From: Eledone cirrhosa
Taxonomy: Eukaryota
Assembly (NCBI GenBank): GCA_964016885.1
Contig: CAXHJY010001739.1
Location: forward strand, 1 to 53,701
Reading direction: 5' to 3'
DNA length: 53,701 nucleotides
The notes below the pieces were generated by a model. The model was not told the DNA's origin. It searched no databases and was given only the letters and a program-made list of their open reading frames with translations. Position 1 is the stretch's first letter, and each line of letters starts with the position of its first letter. Below, piece by piece: positions 19,390 to 32,737 of this stretch. Position numbers and translations under genes: made by a program.

Positions 19390-19880
19390 GTATGGTTGAC
19401 GGTATATTTAGTCAGTTTCTACATGCTGTTGAAATGTTGGATAAATACTCTATTGGGGCCACCGCGAAGAGGCCGCTTTCGGTTATTTGTCGGAAATTTC
19501 TTCATAGGAGCCTTTATTCTTATAGCCTGGTCTAATTGATTTTTTATATGGTTAATTATGCTAATTGGGAGAGGAAATGGTATATATTTTATCTAATAAT
19601 TCTAAGGACATGATTTATGATATATTGCTCTCGACGGTGAACTATATCGCGACGATGCTATTTGCTTTACTCAACCATAGTATTTGTATAATAGAAAGAA
19701 AGAGGAAAAAACTCAATTTATTCAAAAACATAGGCCTTAAAATTGAGATAGAATAGAAAATAGTCAATTTCTTAGACGTAACCCAAAATTTAGAATCCGG
19801 TCTCTATGACCCTTTCCACAAGCCAACGAAAACTTATGTAAACTCAAACCTCTCCATACTACAGCCATAGTTAAGAACGT
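19390..19880 (+). mobile_element. Decayed Penelope-like reverse transcriptase fragment
   Basis: TATCGCGACGAT = YRDD, then IERKRKKL.LFKNIGLKIEIE*KIVNFLDVTQNLESGLYDPFHKP, the characteristic PLE RT signature. Confidence 0.8.
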
Positions 19881-20145
19881 TTCTACACTAACTCACTCTA
19901 AATCATAATACGAGTGTTATTACTAGTAATGTTCTCTCTTTAATGTTCAGATGTCTGGATAATACGATGTGATACTCAAAAATCGTTTCTACTAACCTTA
20001 GGTCTCTACACTTACCCCATCCCTCCGTTTAACATTGTGTCTGTGTCACCGTTGATGTGGGAGTTTCCCGTCGTGGTTAGTTAGCTTTCTAATCTTGATA
20101 TCCAAACTGAGGATCTCTTAGTGTTGTCATTACTATGTATAATGA

Positions 20146-20358
20146 GGGTGGTGGATTGGCAAAGTCGTTAGAGCATCGGACAAATGTGTAGTAGTTTTGT
20201 GCTTTTCACGTTCTGCGTTCAATTCCTGCTGCAGTCAAATTTGCTTTCTGTCCTTTCGGAGTCGATAAAATGAAGTGCCCCTCAAGTACTGGGGTCGATT
20301 TCATTGACTTTTCCCCTCCCACAAAATGACAGGTCTTGTGTCTAAAGTAAAAAATAAT
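20146..20358 (+). mobile_element. SINE (older, diverged copy)
   Basis: GGTGGATTGGCAAAGTCGTTAGAGC head; CCTTTCGGAGTCGATAAAA core. Confidence 0.8.
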
Positions 20359-20574
20359 TATATATAATGGGTCTATATATCTTTAGAGTATGGCTACTAC
20401 TATTGATATACTGGATCTATCTAGTGAGTTTATATATCAGTGATTGTCAGTACTGTTGATATAATAGGAAAAGAGCCCATTGTTAGATCGAATCAAGGAA
20501 AATGGCTGTTTCCAGTGGTATTTCCATTTCTGATATTATCTCCTGGCGAAAATGTTGTCGCATTTCTGGAGGCA

Positions 20575-20850
20575 TAAGGCAAGATTTGAACTCAGAACGC
20601 ACAGAACCGGATCAAATACCGATACATTTAACCCAATGCACTAATAACTCTGCCAATTCGCCTTCTGATAAAGTTCTGTGAAGGCACGGGACATAGTGGT
20701 TGGATATTTCAGCTTACTATCATAAGGTCGTGAGTCCGAATTCCGGCTGCGTGCTGTCCTTGGGGAAGACACTTTATTACACGTTGCTCCAGTCCACTCA
20801 GCTGACATGAGTCATACTTGTAGTTCCAATGACCAGCTTTGTAAATTCTA
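20575..20850. mobile_element. Partial minus-strand SINE (20575-20663) plus a different tRNA-headed SINE (+, ~20678-20850)
   Basis: GATTTGAACTCAGAACG..CTCTGCCAATTCGCC; TAGTGGTT..GGTCGTGAGTCCGAATTCC..TGTCCTTGGGGAAGACACTT. Confidence 0.65.
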
Positions 20851-20889
20851 AGTTTGGAATCTAAATTTCAACAATTATTTTTCAAGTAC

Positions 20890-20931
20890 TTTCTCTCTTT
20901 CTCTCTTTCTCTCTTTCTCTCTCTTTCTCTT

Positions 20932-20970
<39 letters not shown>

Positions 20971-21023
20971 CTCTTTCTTTCTTTCTCTTTCTTTCTCTCT
21001 TTCTCTTTTTCTCTTTCTCTTTC

Positions 21024-21112
<89 letters not shown>

Positions 21113-21758
21113 TTCTCTTTCTCCCTCTCTCTCTCTCTCTCTCTCTCTTTCTCCCTCTCTTTCTCCTACTCTCTCTCTCTTTCTCCTACTCTCTCTCCTA
21201 CTCTCTCCCTCTCTATCTTTCTCCCACTCTCTCTTTCTCCCACACACACTCTTTCTCCCACTCTTTCTCCCACACACTCTCTTTCACCCACTCTCTCTCT
21301 TTCTCTCCTACTCTCCCTTTCTCCCTCTCTCTCGCTCTTACTCTCCTTCTCTCTCTCTCTCTCTCTCGCTCCTACTCTCTCTCTCTCTCGCTCCTACTCT
21401 CTCTCTCTCTCTCGCTCCTACTCTCTCTCGCTCCTACTCTCTCTCGCTCCTACTCTCTCTCGCTCCTACTCTCTCTCGCTCCTTCTCTCTCTCGCTCCTA
21501 CTCTCTCTCGCTCCTTCTCTCTCTCTCTCCTACTCTCTCTCGCTCCTACTCTCTCTCGCTCCTACTCTCTCTCGCTCCTACTCTCTCTCGCTCCTACTCT
21601 CTCTCGCTCCTACTCTCTCTCGCTCCTACTCTCTCTCGCTCCTACTCTCTCTCGCTCCTACTCTCTCTCGCTCCTACTCTCTCTCTCTCTCTCTCTCTCC
21701 CCTTCTCTCTCTCTCTCTCTCTCCCCTTCTCTCTCTCTCTCTCTCCTTCTCTCTCTCT

Positions 21759-21820
<62 letters not shown>

Positions 21821-21850
21821 CCTACTCTCTCTCTCTCGCTCCTACTCTCC
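20890..21850. repeat. (CT)n polypyrimidine array with a higher-order CTCGCTCCTACTCT unit
   Basis: Seen directly. Confidence 0.96.
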
Positions 21851-22119
21851 ACGGGTATACACTCCCAATACAGTGCTTCTTTATCTCTCTATGTAGTCTC
21901 CCTCAACACCATTATTGTTTAACTACCCACATTAGCTGTAGTAATAAACATTACCAGTATTTAGATATTTCCCATACAAAAGTCATGTCAATATTAACTT
22001 AACCAATCATTCCAAATTGCTTATTCTCTTTCTCTATACATTCACTAAATCAATATTTATGTTACTACAGTCAACCTCTTTTTCTCTCCCTCTCTTTCTT
22101 CCTCTCTTTCTTCACTAAT

Positions 22120-23350
22120 TTATTTATTTTTCAATGATTTATTCAGAGGGAGGACAAGCACTCCTGATCCTCCCTTTTCAGCGCCTCCAATGCTCAATGT
22201 CTCTTTATCTGAGTCAAAACCTTTTAAGAATTCATTGGCTATTAAAGGAACTATTTTGGTTCTTGTTGGGCTGATTTTGTTCTTTTTTTTAAACATAGAT
22301 AAGTGCAGATCCAGCTGACATGGGATCAAAGGCATTCCAGTTATGAACATCCAAGTCAAAAACTTTCTTTAAGAACTCATTGGCTGTTAAGGAACTATTT
22401 TGCCTCAGGGGATGGGTTTGAATCCTGGACATAGTAAATACCGAGGCATTTAATCCAACACTCGAGTGACTCTGCCATTTTCTTGCCTTATCACAGAAAC
22501 TATGACTGCACACTTCATCTCTGTCCTCTTAATTTTCCAACAGTCCTTATGATTCCTAATTTAAGCACAATTTGTGTGGAAAACTGAAGACTAGGAACTC
22601 TCCCAATCTACCGTCCCAACGATCAGTGATTTGGGAATATATTTGTGACGACACTAGATCTCCGCACTTGTAATCCCCCAAAGAGTCTTTACAACAAATA
22701 CATTAAATCACGACAATGTTTCACATAGTATTTTGTTCTAAATATATGAAAAAAAAATCTTTGCTGGGAGATGAAGGGATGAGCCATTGAAGAATACTTT
22801 GTAAGCATGTTGTAATTCCAAAAAGGGGACACTCGAGTAGTTTACCATTATGCTGTGCTGATGGCAAGTTTTCACAGCTTGTCAGTCATACAACAATTAC
22901 AAGATATTTTTTTAATGAACTCTCCCTCGTCACAATTAGATGGTTGTTAGAGCATTGGATGAATTGGGTTGCCGTACTTATTTCAGGTACTTGCGTTGTG
23001 ACCAACTTTTGCCTTTTACGCTTCTAGGCTGTTGGACTGATGGACTCATTAGAGGGTTTCCTTGCAGTATTTGTTCTGGCTCTTTGCGGTCTTACTTCCA
23101 ATCTCGTTGTGACCTAATGGGAGAGTAGACTTAATTTGTCATAGATTTGATACCACCATATGACCTTTTGGATATCTTCAGCAAAGTCAACTCTGTTGCA
23201 AGCATTCAGAACAGATTTCCAATTTGAGATATCTCTCTCCATCCCACGAGTTTCAGAGGACCTGGAAAGGATCATTAAGGAAAGACGTCTTATGAACTGG
23301 AATAAGTTCTTGCCTCGTGAATCTTTTAGGCTTGAGAGAAATTTTTAAAA
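22120..23350 (-). mobile_element. Very old Penelope-like element remnant
   Basis: Minus-strand remnants SCNC..ECPLFG..C and LECWIKCLG resemble the PLE Cys linker and GIY-YIG C-terminus. Confidence 0.4.
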
Positions 23351-23439
23351 TTTAACTTGTTTGGATGGGGGAGAGGGAATATATACTAGTAATCTATATT
23401 CATGATAGTTTCCAAAATGTTTGGGATTATATATATATA

Positions 23440-24351
23440 CTAGCATTAAAGCCCGGCGTTGCTCGGGTCATTAAGTTACCAAAGTTAGGTTGCACCACCC
23501 ATTTTATGGCAGCACTTTTTTGTCTGCCAGGCACTGGGTGAATGAATTGCAGACCTGGAAGCATGAGCTGCGCCAGCAGTGACAATTGTAGTTTCGCCTA
23601 TGGATATTATCTCTGTGCAAAAAAGTGTTGAAATTTATTGTTTCACAGTACTTGCGCAACACGCGCGTAGACGATGCCAGCCGAACAACAGAGCTGTGAT
23701 GGAGTTGTTCTGCATGGTTGTCTGTGTGTTTTCTAAATTTAAGACAGTAGGGAGGGGTGTGATATGGGGGAGAGTTAGCTGCTGTTTCTAGCAGGTTTAC
23801 TAACCTCATAGAGGATGTGTTTTCTAAATTTAAGACAGTAGGGAGTGGTGTGGGGAGGGGTGTGATATGGAGGAGAGTTAGCTGCTGTTTCTAGCAGGTT
23901 TACTAACCTCATAGAGGATGTGTTTTCTAAATTTAAGACAGTAGGGAGTGGTGTGGGGAGGGGTGTGATATGGGGGAGAGTTAGCTGCTGTTTCTAGCAG
24001 GTTTAGTAACCTCATAGAGGATATGTGTTTTCTAAATTTAAGACAGTAGGGAGTGGTGTGAACGGACAGTATCACCATCAAGCTTGGATAGAGAAAGTAG
24101 CAGAAAGTATGAAGTTGTATAGATTTTGAATGGTAGTAGAAAGAGTTTAGCAGTTTAAATGAGAAAAATCGTAAAATATTGAGTTTTATCTATTTTTTGC
24201 GTAATTGTGGGTGAAATTGAAAAAATTATCTGCGTCAAGACGCAATCGAAACTATTTCGAGTACTGAATTGTAAATTTCAATTGAAGAAATTCTATATCG
24301 TAGATTTCTATAACGAAGGAGCATGACCACACACTGAGCTTTATAGATTGA
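23440..24351 (-). mobile_element. Non-autonomous Helitron-like element with a ~100 bp minisatellite
   Basis: Minus strand starts A|TC (TCAATCTATAAAGC) and ends GACCCGAGCAACGCCGGGCTTTAATGCTAG|T; A-T insertion site and no TSD. Confidence 0.8.
23724..24060 (+). repeat. Minisatellite, ~90-103 bp unit, about 3.4 copies
   Basis: TGTGTTTTCTAAATTTAAGACAGTAGGGAG...GTTAGCTGCTGTTTCTAGCAGGTTTACTAACCTCATAGAGGA repeated in tandem. Confidence 0.95.
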
Positions 24352-24568
24352 TATTACTCTTTTACTCTTTTACCTGTTTCAGCCATCCGGCTGAGGCCAT
24401 GCTGGGGCTACAAAACTTGTAATTCTTTGCAAAACTTGAACATTTTTATAATTATTCTGTGACAAGTTATTACTAATGTCATTCTTGATAATAATAAAAA
24501 AAATCACTCCACCCTACAGTAATAATGTAAAGTTGACAATATATGGTTGTTTGTATTTCTTTTTCCAG

Positions 24569-24791
24569 ATGGATCGATTTTTAGCAGCGAAGGGAGTTCA
24601 TCCAGATCATGGTGGGAAATCATTTACAATATGTACAGATGGACAGGCTCACTTACGTCAGTGTTTGCACCCAGAGTCTGGGGAAAAGAACATCAATTTA
24701 CCGAAATACATGTATAAGTTTTATGACTTAAGAAAAGAATTCCGGAAATTTTACAGGACAGAAGCTACTGGAATCCTGTCAATGCTGGAAT
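24569..24791 (+). CDS. ESRP: ESRP/fusilli internal coding exon (DnaQ/DEDD exonuclease-like region), phase 0 to 1
   Basis: TTTTCCAG acceptor; [44 protein letters not shown] matches vertebrate ESRP1 [43 protein letters not shown] (recalled sequence). Confidence 0.93.
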
Positions 24792-24965
24792 GTATCCTTT
24801 GAATATATCATTCACAAAAAATATATACCAAAGTTAATTATTTTGAAGGCCCTCTACATGAAACACAACAGTTAAGTTAGTGTTAGCATACTTAATATAG
24901 CGAGTATGTAAAACAAATTTATTAGAAATTCTTCTGTGGTGAGGAAATTACAATAATTTAATGAT

Positions 24966-25112
24966 TAGAGCTCAAATCCTGCTGAGGTTAGTTTTGCCTT
25001 TCATCCTTACAGGGGTTGATAAAATAAAGTACTAGTAATGCACTGGGGTCGATTTAATCAATTTTCCCCTCCCCCAAAATTGTTGACCTTGTGTCTAAAT
25101 CAGAAACCAATA
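24966..25112 (+). mobile_element. SINE, 5'-truncated
   Basis: GCCTTTCATCCTTACAGGGGTTGATAAAATAAAGTAC core. Confidence 0.82.
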
Positions 25113-26061
25113 TTATTTTAAACATTTCGGAAAGTATTGACAATTCTGAATGTTTCAATCTTATTAGGTCTTCACAAAGAAGTGTTTTTTACCATAGTTT
25201 CAAGTAGGTCCAAATGTGAGTGAACTTGAATAAGTAGACTGTGGAAGTCCATCGAGTGGACTGTATTTGTAATTCATAGGTCTGTCTTTATCACAATTAC
25301 ATAAATGGTGCATGTCTGTGGAATACTTAACCACTTACAGATTAATCTAACGAGTAGTTGGTTCTGTTGGCCGATCAACTGAAACACTCATCATTGAAAT
25401 CGACAGTGGTCCCTTAATTATCACTAATTGGACTAGTAGACACGGCACAGCTTGCTAGCGTCATTTATAAACATTACAGATTGCAATGAACCATTAATAG
25501 TCAGTCTGCTCAACTCCTCATTAAGCTCAAATGCATAATGAGGGTTTTTGTTGACAAACAAATATACTAGAACATGCATGTAATTTGGTGGCTCAATTCT
25601 ATTTATGTTCTAGCCAATCGTCAGGTCGAACCAAGGAAACGCTGTTTCTATTGGCCTTTCCAGTAATATATTGTTGTTGATGAAATAGTATACAATGCTG
25701 TATTCTACCTTAGAAATTAATTGTAGTAAATAATTGAGTGATAACATCTCAGCTTCATTTTCTCTCTGACTACATGAAGTATCTTTTGATTTACTTTTAA
25801 GTTTTATTGTTCAGTTTTTGATTTATTACAGTTCATGTGAGAAGAAAAGTTTTACCTACTATCGGTTATTAGGTTGTTGTTGACCTCGTTGCTGTTGACC
25901 TCGTTGTTTTGTTGTTGGCCTCACTGCCACCACCACCGTTGTAGCCATAGCCATCTTTTTTTAGCCCTAGGTTAGATCTGATTCAATAAACCCATCATTG
26001 AAGACCTTCCACAACCAGATGTACTGTCTGTAGAACATTATCCAATGCACCCTTCTTTAAT

Positions 26062-26260
26062 ATTGATTCCTAATTTAGGCACAAGGCCAGCAAATTTGGG
26101 GAAAGAACAAAGTTGATTTAAAACAACCCCAGTACTTGATTGGTACTTTATTTTATCGACCCCAGAAGGATGAAAGGTAAAGTTGACTATAGAATGTAAA
26201 GCCAGAATAAATACTGCAATGGTATTTTATGACGTTTTACCAATTCTTCCAATCAACTAA
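26062..26260 (-). mobile_element. SINE
   Basis: GGTACTTTATTTTATCGACCCCAGAAGGATGAAAGG is the reverse complement of the core. Confidence 0.8.
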
Positions 26261-26335
26261 CCTATCCCTCTTTAATATCTATTGATTTCTGTTGACAAGA
26301 CGCGATGACTATTTTACCTAAGAAATGGTTTATAG

Positions 26336-26890
26336 CAGTGGTTCTCAACCAGGGTCCATATAAGAATTGGTGGAGGAGGGCTCCACACAAAAAATAAGTT
26401 GGGTCTACGGCAGTATTTTAGGGGTAGGAGCATGAACATTTTTGCTTTCAAAGAAAATATCTTAAGAAAGAAAACAAATAAAACAATTAACCAAAACAGT
26501 TGGTCAACAAATTCCCATGGAAATTAATAGAAATCAAAAGAAATGATGCAGAAGAAAGGCAACGGCAACCAGATGAAGTGTAAATAAATTTACTCACTCA
26601 CACACACTAATATATTGGTAGTGTTGATGACTAAGTAGTGGTCTGTTAAACCTACACAAAGCACTGCCAGCCAAAGTTCCCAAGTTCCCAGGGAAAATAA
26701 ACTGGAGACTCAATTCTGGTACAGTACTAAAACAAGAACACACACAAATTTATTTCACTTGAGTTAGATTCAAACTGAACAAAAGGAAACTAATGGGATT
26801 TTTTAAACATCAAATGTCTGAGGGGTCCGCCAGAGTAAAATATGAATCAAAGGAGTCCATGGGTAAAAAATAAAAGGTTGAGAACCATTG
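26336..26890. mobile_element. hAT (Charlie-like) MITE
   Basis: TIRs CAGTGGTTCTCAACC / GGTTGAGAACCATTG; degenerate 8 bp TSD GTTTATAG / CTCTATAT with central TA. Confidence 0.75.
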
Positions 26891-27036
26891 CTCTATATAG
26901 TCCCTTACATCAATCTAGTATATTTCCAAGTTCTAATTTTATTGACATTATCTAAAAACATGTACGTTAATTCAAATGATTATTGTATCTATGCTGATGG
27001 ACAAATCTTTGTGAAAATTTGTCATATTAAAGTTTT

Positions 27037-27213
27037 GGATTGACAGTATCGGTAGAGGGTCGGACGCCATGCTTTCCAGCATAATTACGTCCCTTTACGA
27101 TCTGAGTTCAAATCCCGCCGAGGTTGACTTCGCCTTTCATCCTTACGGGGTCGATAAAATAAAGTACCAGTAATGCACTGGATAATTGCTGGCCTTGTGC
27201 CTAAAGTAGAAAC
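27037..27213 (+). mobile_element. Young SINE with TSD ATTAAAGTTTT
   Basis: Close to the subfamily consensus; flanking direct repeat visible. Confidence 0.9.
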
Positions 27214-28813
27214 AATTAAAGTTTTAATGTTTAATGTGATGCAGTCATAGTGCTGGTTTGTACTTTTCAAGAATCTCTTGCTAATGCAGTTGTATGTGGT
27301 TTAATTCAAATATTAATCATATCTTTACTAGTGGACAAATCATTGTGAAAATTTGCAATGTTAGAGTAAAGACTGTTTTGTTTTGGTTGTATTTTTTTTT
27401 TTTTTTTTTTTTATTTGTGGTACAGCCATAGTTTCATGTGGTACAGGGTATTAAGAGTTAACAAGATTTGAAATCAGTGGGATGAAACTAAAAACTATAA
27501 ATCATTTATTAGGACATTTCCTTTTCCATAGGGCCAGATTTGTACCTTGTGGATATTATGTCTAAATCCGGCACATCGAAGTTGCAGGCGTTAGGGCATC
27601 AGATTAAATACCTTGGCATTTGTTCTGGTTCTCTGTGCTCTGAGTTCATCTGAATTATACAATAGCATGGCTTTCCAACGGCGACAAAATGGCAGTCGTT
27701 GTCGTCGTTAGAGCGTCGAGTAAAGGGCTTTGTTGTCTTCATTCTAGAGTTCAAATTCTGCCAAAGTCAACTTTACCTTTCATTTTTTCAGGGTCAATAA
27801 ATAAAGTACTAATCTAGGAGCGGTGGATTGGCGTAATCGTTAAAGAGCGGACAGGCTGCTTTGTATAAATCTAGTCTTCTGTCATCGGAATATCAGTGAC
27901 ATTTCTGCTAAGAGTCACGATCGGTTGATAATATCAATGGAAAGAGCAACGTAAACATAGTTCCTTTCGTCCAATCTGACGCAATGAATGTGTGACGGGA
28001 TTTCATGAGATATAACTAAATTAGATAAAATTCTACATTGCCGTCACTGGCTGACGTCAAATGGTGTTGGAAGGACATGGAAGGGTCGTCAAGAGATGAA
28101 TATTATCTAATGGAAACTTACTTCGTGTATGTTCCAATTAAATCTTGCTCTTATAAGAATATTTCATGTGGCGACACATCCTTATAAAAGTTGTAACCTA
28201 AGCAAGGTGATATTTTCCAAGTTAATACTTTTCTGCAACCTTAGATGTATTCTATTATGTAAACAGAACTGTCATTTAGTTTTCTTTTGTGGTCTTGTTT
28301 TTAATGGACAATACGAACATTTGACGACCTTGCAATTTACTTCATGTTGAGAAAATACATTTTTCTCGTGACTTGACATCTATGTACAAGGAAATGACAA
28401 CAATATACAAGCCAGTTTATCTTTGCTGATGAGAAAACAAAACTTCAGATATTTCAAGCACTCCCTCACTAAAGGTTTCATAGGTTCGTTTCTTGATAGA
28501 AATAATGGGTTTTCTTTTCAAAGATTGTGGTTTTAAAGTGCTTATAACTCTTAGCTACTTTCAATATCAGATATAGACTTTGAGAGGCTATAAGCTATGT
28601 AAAGCTTGGAGGCTCCTTATTAATTACCCCACCACCGATAAAAATTGACATATTTCGAGGTCACTGCTGATTGTAAAGTTGTAGCTTGCTTAGCTTATGC
28701 CTGAATCCGGCAGTTTTCGGACGATGGTGATGCGTAATGAGTTGGGTTTTTTTCTAAATTAGATATTTATTCCTTCTAACTAGATATAAAAAATCATTTC
28801 TATTTCGTCAGTA

Positions 28814-28846
<33 letters not shown>

Positions 28847-28848
<2 letters not shown>

Positions 28849-29688
28849 TTTCTTTATTGGCCACAAGGGCTGACATCAAGAAAAACATTAGACGGTACAG
28901 GACGGTACAATGTGGGTTTTGTGCGTGTAAAGATTTTTATTTATATAAGAAACGAAAAAGAAAAAGACATAGAAACTATATATATATATATATATATAAA
29001 CAATAAAAATGAAAATTCAAACAATGAAAAATTCCCCAATAGGGGGAAAACCTCCGAGGGTTACTCGTGGCGAAAACCACACAAAAGACCACGCCACCAG
29101 GGCAAGCGCCCTCTCTCAATTTTTTTCCATTCCTCAAACAACAGGTGTATATTCAGAGCGGTTCCGTTCACTCGGACCATTCTCGCTACATTCCCCCACC
29201 TTTCAACAAACTTGCTAGAAGGCAGCACTTGCCTCTCCACCCTGATTTTCCTCTTCAAGTGAAACTTGAAAAAGTTAATTAGGGATTCGCCGAAGAGGAA
29301 AGTGTCTGTCTTTAACCCTTTCAACTTTGTCTACCACACATTCTCTTTCGCCATGGCCACCAGGCAGATGAAAACTGCTTGCCCTTCCTCCTCGAAGGAA
29401 GACGGCGAGACCATCTGCACAATGGATTCAGTCGATAACCGGATCGGTCCTACACGCGACAGCAACTGTTCGACATAGCTCCATAGGTCAGCAATGCCCG
29501 GGCACTGAACGAGTGCGTGCACGACGGTTTCGTCGCCCTGCGTGCATCTCGGACAGGCCCGGCTGACGGCACTTCCGTGTCTGTTGAGCTTATCTCGAAC
29601 CGGCAACGCTCCCCGGTAGCACTGCCAGGCCAGGGATTTTGGGAAGTTATCCATTGGCCCTGGGTTGAAAGTTCTCCGGAAGAGAGCA
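28847..29688 (-). mobile_element. L1/Tx1-clade LINE 3' fragment inserted in (TAA)n
   Basis: LAWQCYRGALPVRDKL..CPRC..ETVVHALVQC (zf-RVT-type CCHC); AATAAA plus (ATT)n tail; (TAA)n on both sides. Confidence 0.85.
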
Positions 29689-29709
29689 AATAATAATAAT
29701 AATAATAAT

Positions 29710-29927
29710 GGTTTCTGATTTAGGCACAAGGCCAACAATCTTTTTTTTTGGGGGGGGGGGATCAATTTCATCGACCCACTGCGTTACTGGTACTTTATTT
29801 TATCGACCCCATAAGGGTGAAAGGCAAAGTTGACCTCGGAGGGATTTGAATTTTGAACGTAAATAGTCGGAACAAATATTGCTTAGTATTTGTCCGACTC
29901 TTTAACGACTCTGCTAATCCACCACCA
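29710..29927 (-). mobile_element. SINE
   Basis: Reverse-complement core and head. Confidence 0.82.
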
Positions 29928-30687
29928 TAATAATCCGTTTAAGAAATTCACATCTATGAATATCTATGAGTGTAAATGTACTATCTATATTTACGGTAAT
30001 ATATGATACGATAATCTCTTTATATACAACTTGTAATTATTTGCAAAACTTTACAATGTTACATTCTTTTATTACTCAGTAATACGTAATCAGAGATATC
30101 AATGTCTCCAACACCCCACGTTTTATCTTATAGTAATGAAGATATAAAAGTTTAGTGACGAGGTTGAGTTTGATAATGACGAATTTGAAGGGAACACTTT
30201 TTTAAGTGCCATTTTTGATTCTGCTCTCGTTCCACCTCAAAATATGTATTTCTTTAGCTTGCTAAACAATCTACCAATGTTACAATGACATCAAAAACAA
30301 TTAACTTCTCTCTCTCTACGCTCTCTGTGTGTGTATATTAATATACTCTACAGACATTATCTGGAAATTTGTAAGCTTTTAACAATAATCACACGTGGAA
30401 CACGACAAAAAGATAGTAACAGAATACAGGCCTAAACTATCACCACCAGCTCTGCTTCTCTGACATGCAGAGCTCCAGGCGTATATTGCCTCATGGTCAC
30501 AATGGACGGAATTGAAAAAGCGAATAAATAATGTAAAGTGAATTCAACAATTTGAGTGTGCTCTTCAATAACTAAAATGACTCTTCTGCGATGTATTAGC
30601 GATGGATTTATCAATATTTAAGATTAAAAAAAAATTTAAATGGCGAAATCTATAAATATTACAGGGGTCTCAATAGAGTGACAAAGA

Positions 30688-30877
30688 TGTGGATTGGCAG
30701 TATCGGTAGAGGGTCGGATGCCATGCTTTGAAGCATAGAGTTACCTCCCTGTATGATCCGAGTTCAAATCCCGCCGAGCCGAGGTTAACTTTGCCTTTCA
30801 TCCTTCCGGGGTCGATAAAATAAAGTACCAGTAATGCACTGGGTAATTGCTGGCCTTGTGCCAAAAGTAGAAACAAT
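30688..30877 (+). mobile_element. Young SINE
   Basis: GGATTGGCAGTATCGGTAGAGGGTCGGATGCCATGC...AAAGTAGAAACAATT. Confidence 0.9.
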
Positions 30878-31142
30878 TATTAACTAGACGACACTTTTTC
30901 AATGATTTTATAAGAATGACCCTTGATTGGCGTAGGACTTTCGTTTAAATATACAAAAATATACTCTCCGCTACAAAATATACAAAATATACTCTCCGCT
31001 ACAAAAAACCTTTAGTAGGTCAACTTTCTAAATTAACTACTGTATTTTTAAATGACCCAGTTAGTTCTACTGGAACTTTTCTTGTTAATGACGTCAATGC
31101 TGTCTTAAATATTTTGTTAAATACTTGACATCTTTTGTTTTA

Positions 31143-31145
<3 letters not shown>

Positions 31146-31231
<86 letters not shown>

Positions 31232-31337
31232 CTTTCTTTCTCTCTTTCTCTCTTTCTCTCTCTTTCTCTCTCGTTCTCTCTCTTTCTCTCTCTCTCTTTC
31301 TCTCTCTCTCTTTCTCTCTCTCTCTTTCTCTCTCTCA
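31146..31337. repeat. Compound (CA)n-(CT)n microsatellite
   Basis: Seen directly. Confidence 0.96.
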
Positions 31338-32554
31338 ATAATAAATGAAAATATATAAATATACGTCATCTGACTTCACATACTCTTCGACGCCGCCAAT
31401 GCTCCAATGAACACACACAACGTCGGCTCTCCAGTAAATATACATAGTGAACAAATATATATATATGTGTGTGTGTGTAACTATAATCTATGTGCCGGTT
31501 GTGTTTTCGTTAGGTTTATTTCTTATCACCAATCTTTCGTTATCAATGGTTGTCTAGCCACTTACTATGCAAGATCTGGGGTGACCTTTATTTCCACCAA
31601 GCCGGCCATAGTAGTAGCGATGGTGGTCGTCGTCGTTTATAGTTCGTTGTTTACTGCATGTCGTTTCTTTTGTTCTTGTTATTCACACATTATATAGCCT
31701 TGGTTTTGTTTATCATCCGTCATCTTGTTAGCTTTTGATACATAACCTTAGTCCAAAGCCGGTGCATCGGCATTTAGCGCCCTAAGCTAGCTCTACAATG
31801 TGCGCCCCATTCTCGTAAATAAAATAATCTTAACTTACAGTTAAGCTGGCAATCTAGTTTTTCTTTTGTTTTTTTACTCCTCTTTACTCTACCAAGAAAA
31901 TTTCTAAACCTGCATTTTCCACAATACAGTCCATACCCATGCTAAATCATATTTCACCATACATCCTTTCCAATTTGAATATTTCCACAATCCTGCTACG
32001 CGGCAAAGATGTTAAGCGATTTATTTATTAGTGCAAGAAGTCATTATACATCTAATTCGATTATACAAATTTGTATAAGTCCGTGATCCTTTAAGGTTCA
32101 GTAATTTGCCACTCAGAGGTCTGTCCCCCAGGCAGCTGCCTAGTTGGCCTGACTTAGTCAATATAAAAACTACTCCTTCAGTTTCACCAATGAATGTTCC
32201 AGTTGTTCACTCAACAGAACGGTCAATTCGTTAAATTAACGTGTGACTGAGTATTCCACAGACACGTGTACCTTTAACGTAATTCTCAGGAATACTCGGT
32301 GTACCACATCGGCGTTGGTGAGAGCTAAGTTTTAAGATATCGGAATATAGATAAAGTAATATGAACAGTGCAGAGTAATCAATCTCAAATATTTTTACAT
32401 GACTTCGAGGTAAGTTGAAATGAGTACTAACTTGAAGTCTGTACACCAGTCTTAATTTCCTATTACAGTCGTCTGCTTCATTCATGCTGATAATGCCAAA
32501 CCGTGGACATTTAACTGTTGGTGGAGTCGTAGGAGGGCTGTCGTGATATATAAC

Positions 32555-32737
32555 TGTTTCTACGTTAGGCACAAGGCCAGCAATTACCCAGTGCATTACT
32601 GGTACTTTATTTTATCGACCCCGTAAGGATAAAAGGCAAAGTTAACCTTGGTAGGATTTGAACTCAGAATGGCAAGGACCGTAACTCTATACGTCAAAGC
32701 ATGGCACCCGACCCTCTACCACTACTGCCAATCCACA
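32555..32737 (-). mobile_element. Young SINE with 11 bp TSD TGATATATAAC
   Basis: TSD copies at 32544-32554 and 32738-32748. Confidence 0.9.

Noticed and set aside
20678-20760. tRNA gene
   Set aside because: A/B-box-like head runs into a SINE body; no cloverleaf
20854-22002. 382 aa Ser/Leu ORF and antisense Glu/Arg ORFs
   Set aside because: Translation of the (CT)n array
24476-24802. 108 aa single-exon ORF, or ATG 24569 as the true start
   Set aside because: Similarity is confined to 24569-24791 between splice sites; ESRP has an upstream N-terminal segment that I could not find in this window
30947-31006. ~29 bp tandem duplication
   Set aside because: Ordinary slippage with no associated structure
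31757-32155. Possible old DNA transposon ends (also 27530 and 28690-28712)
   Set aside because: TIRs and TSDs too degenerate to define an element
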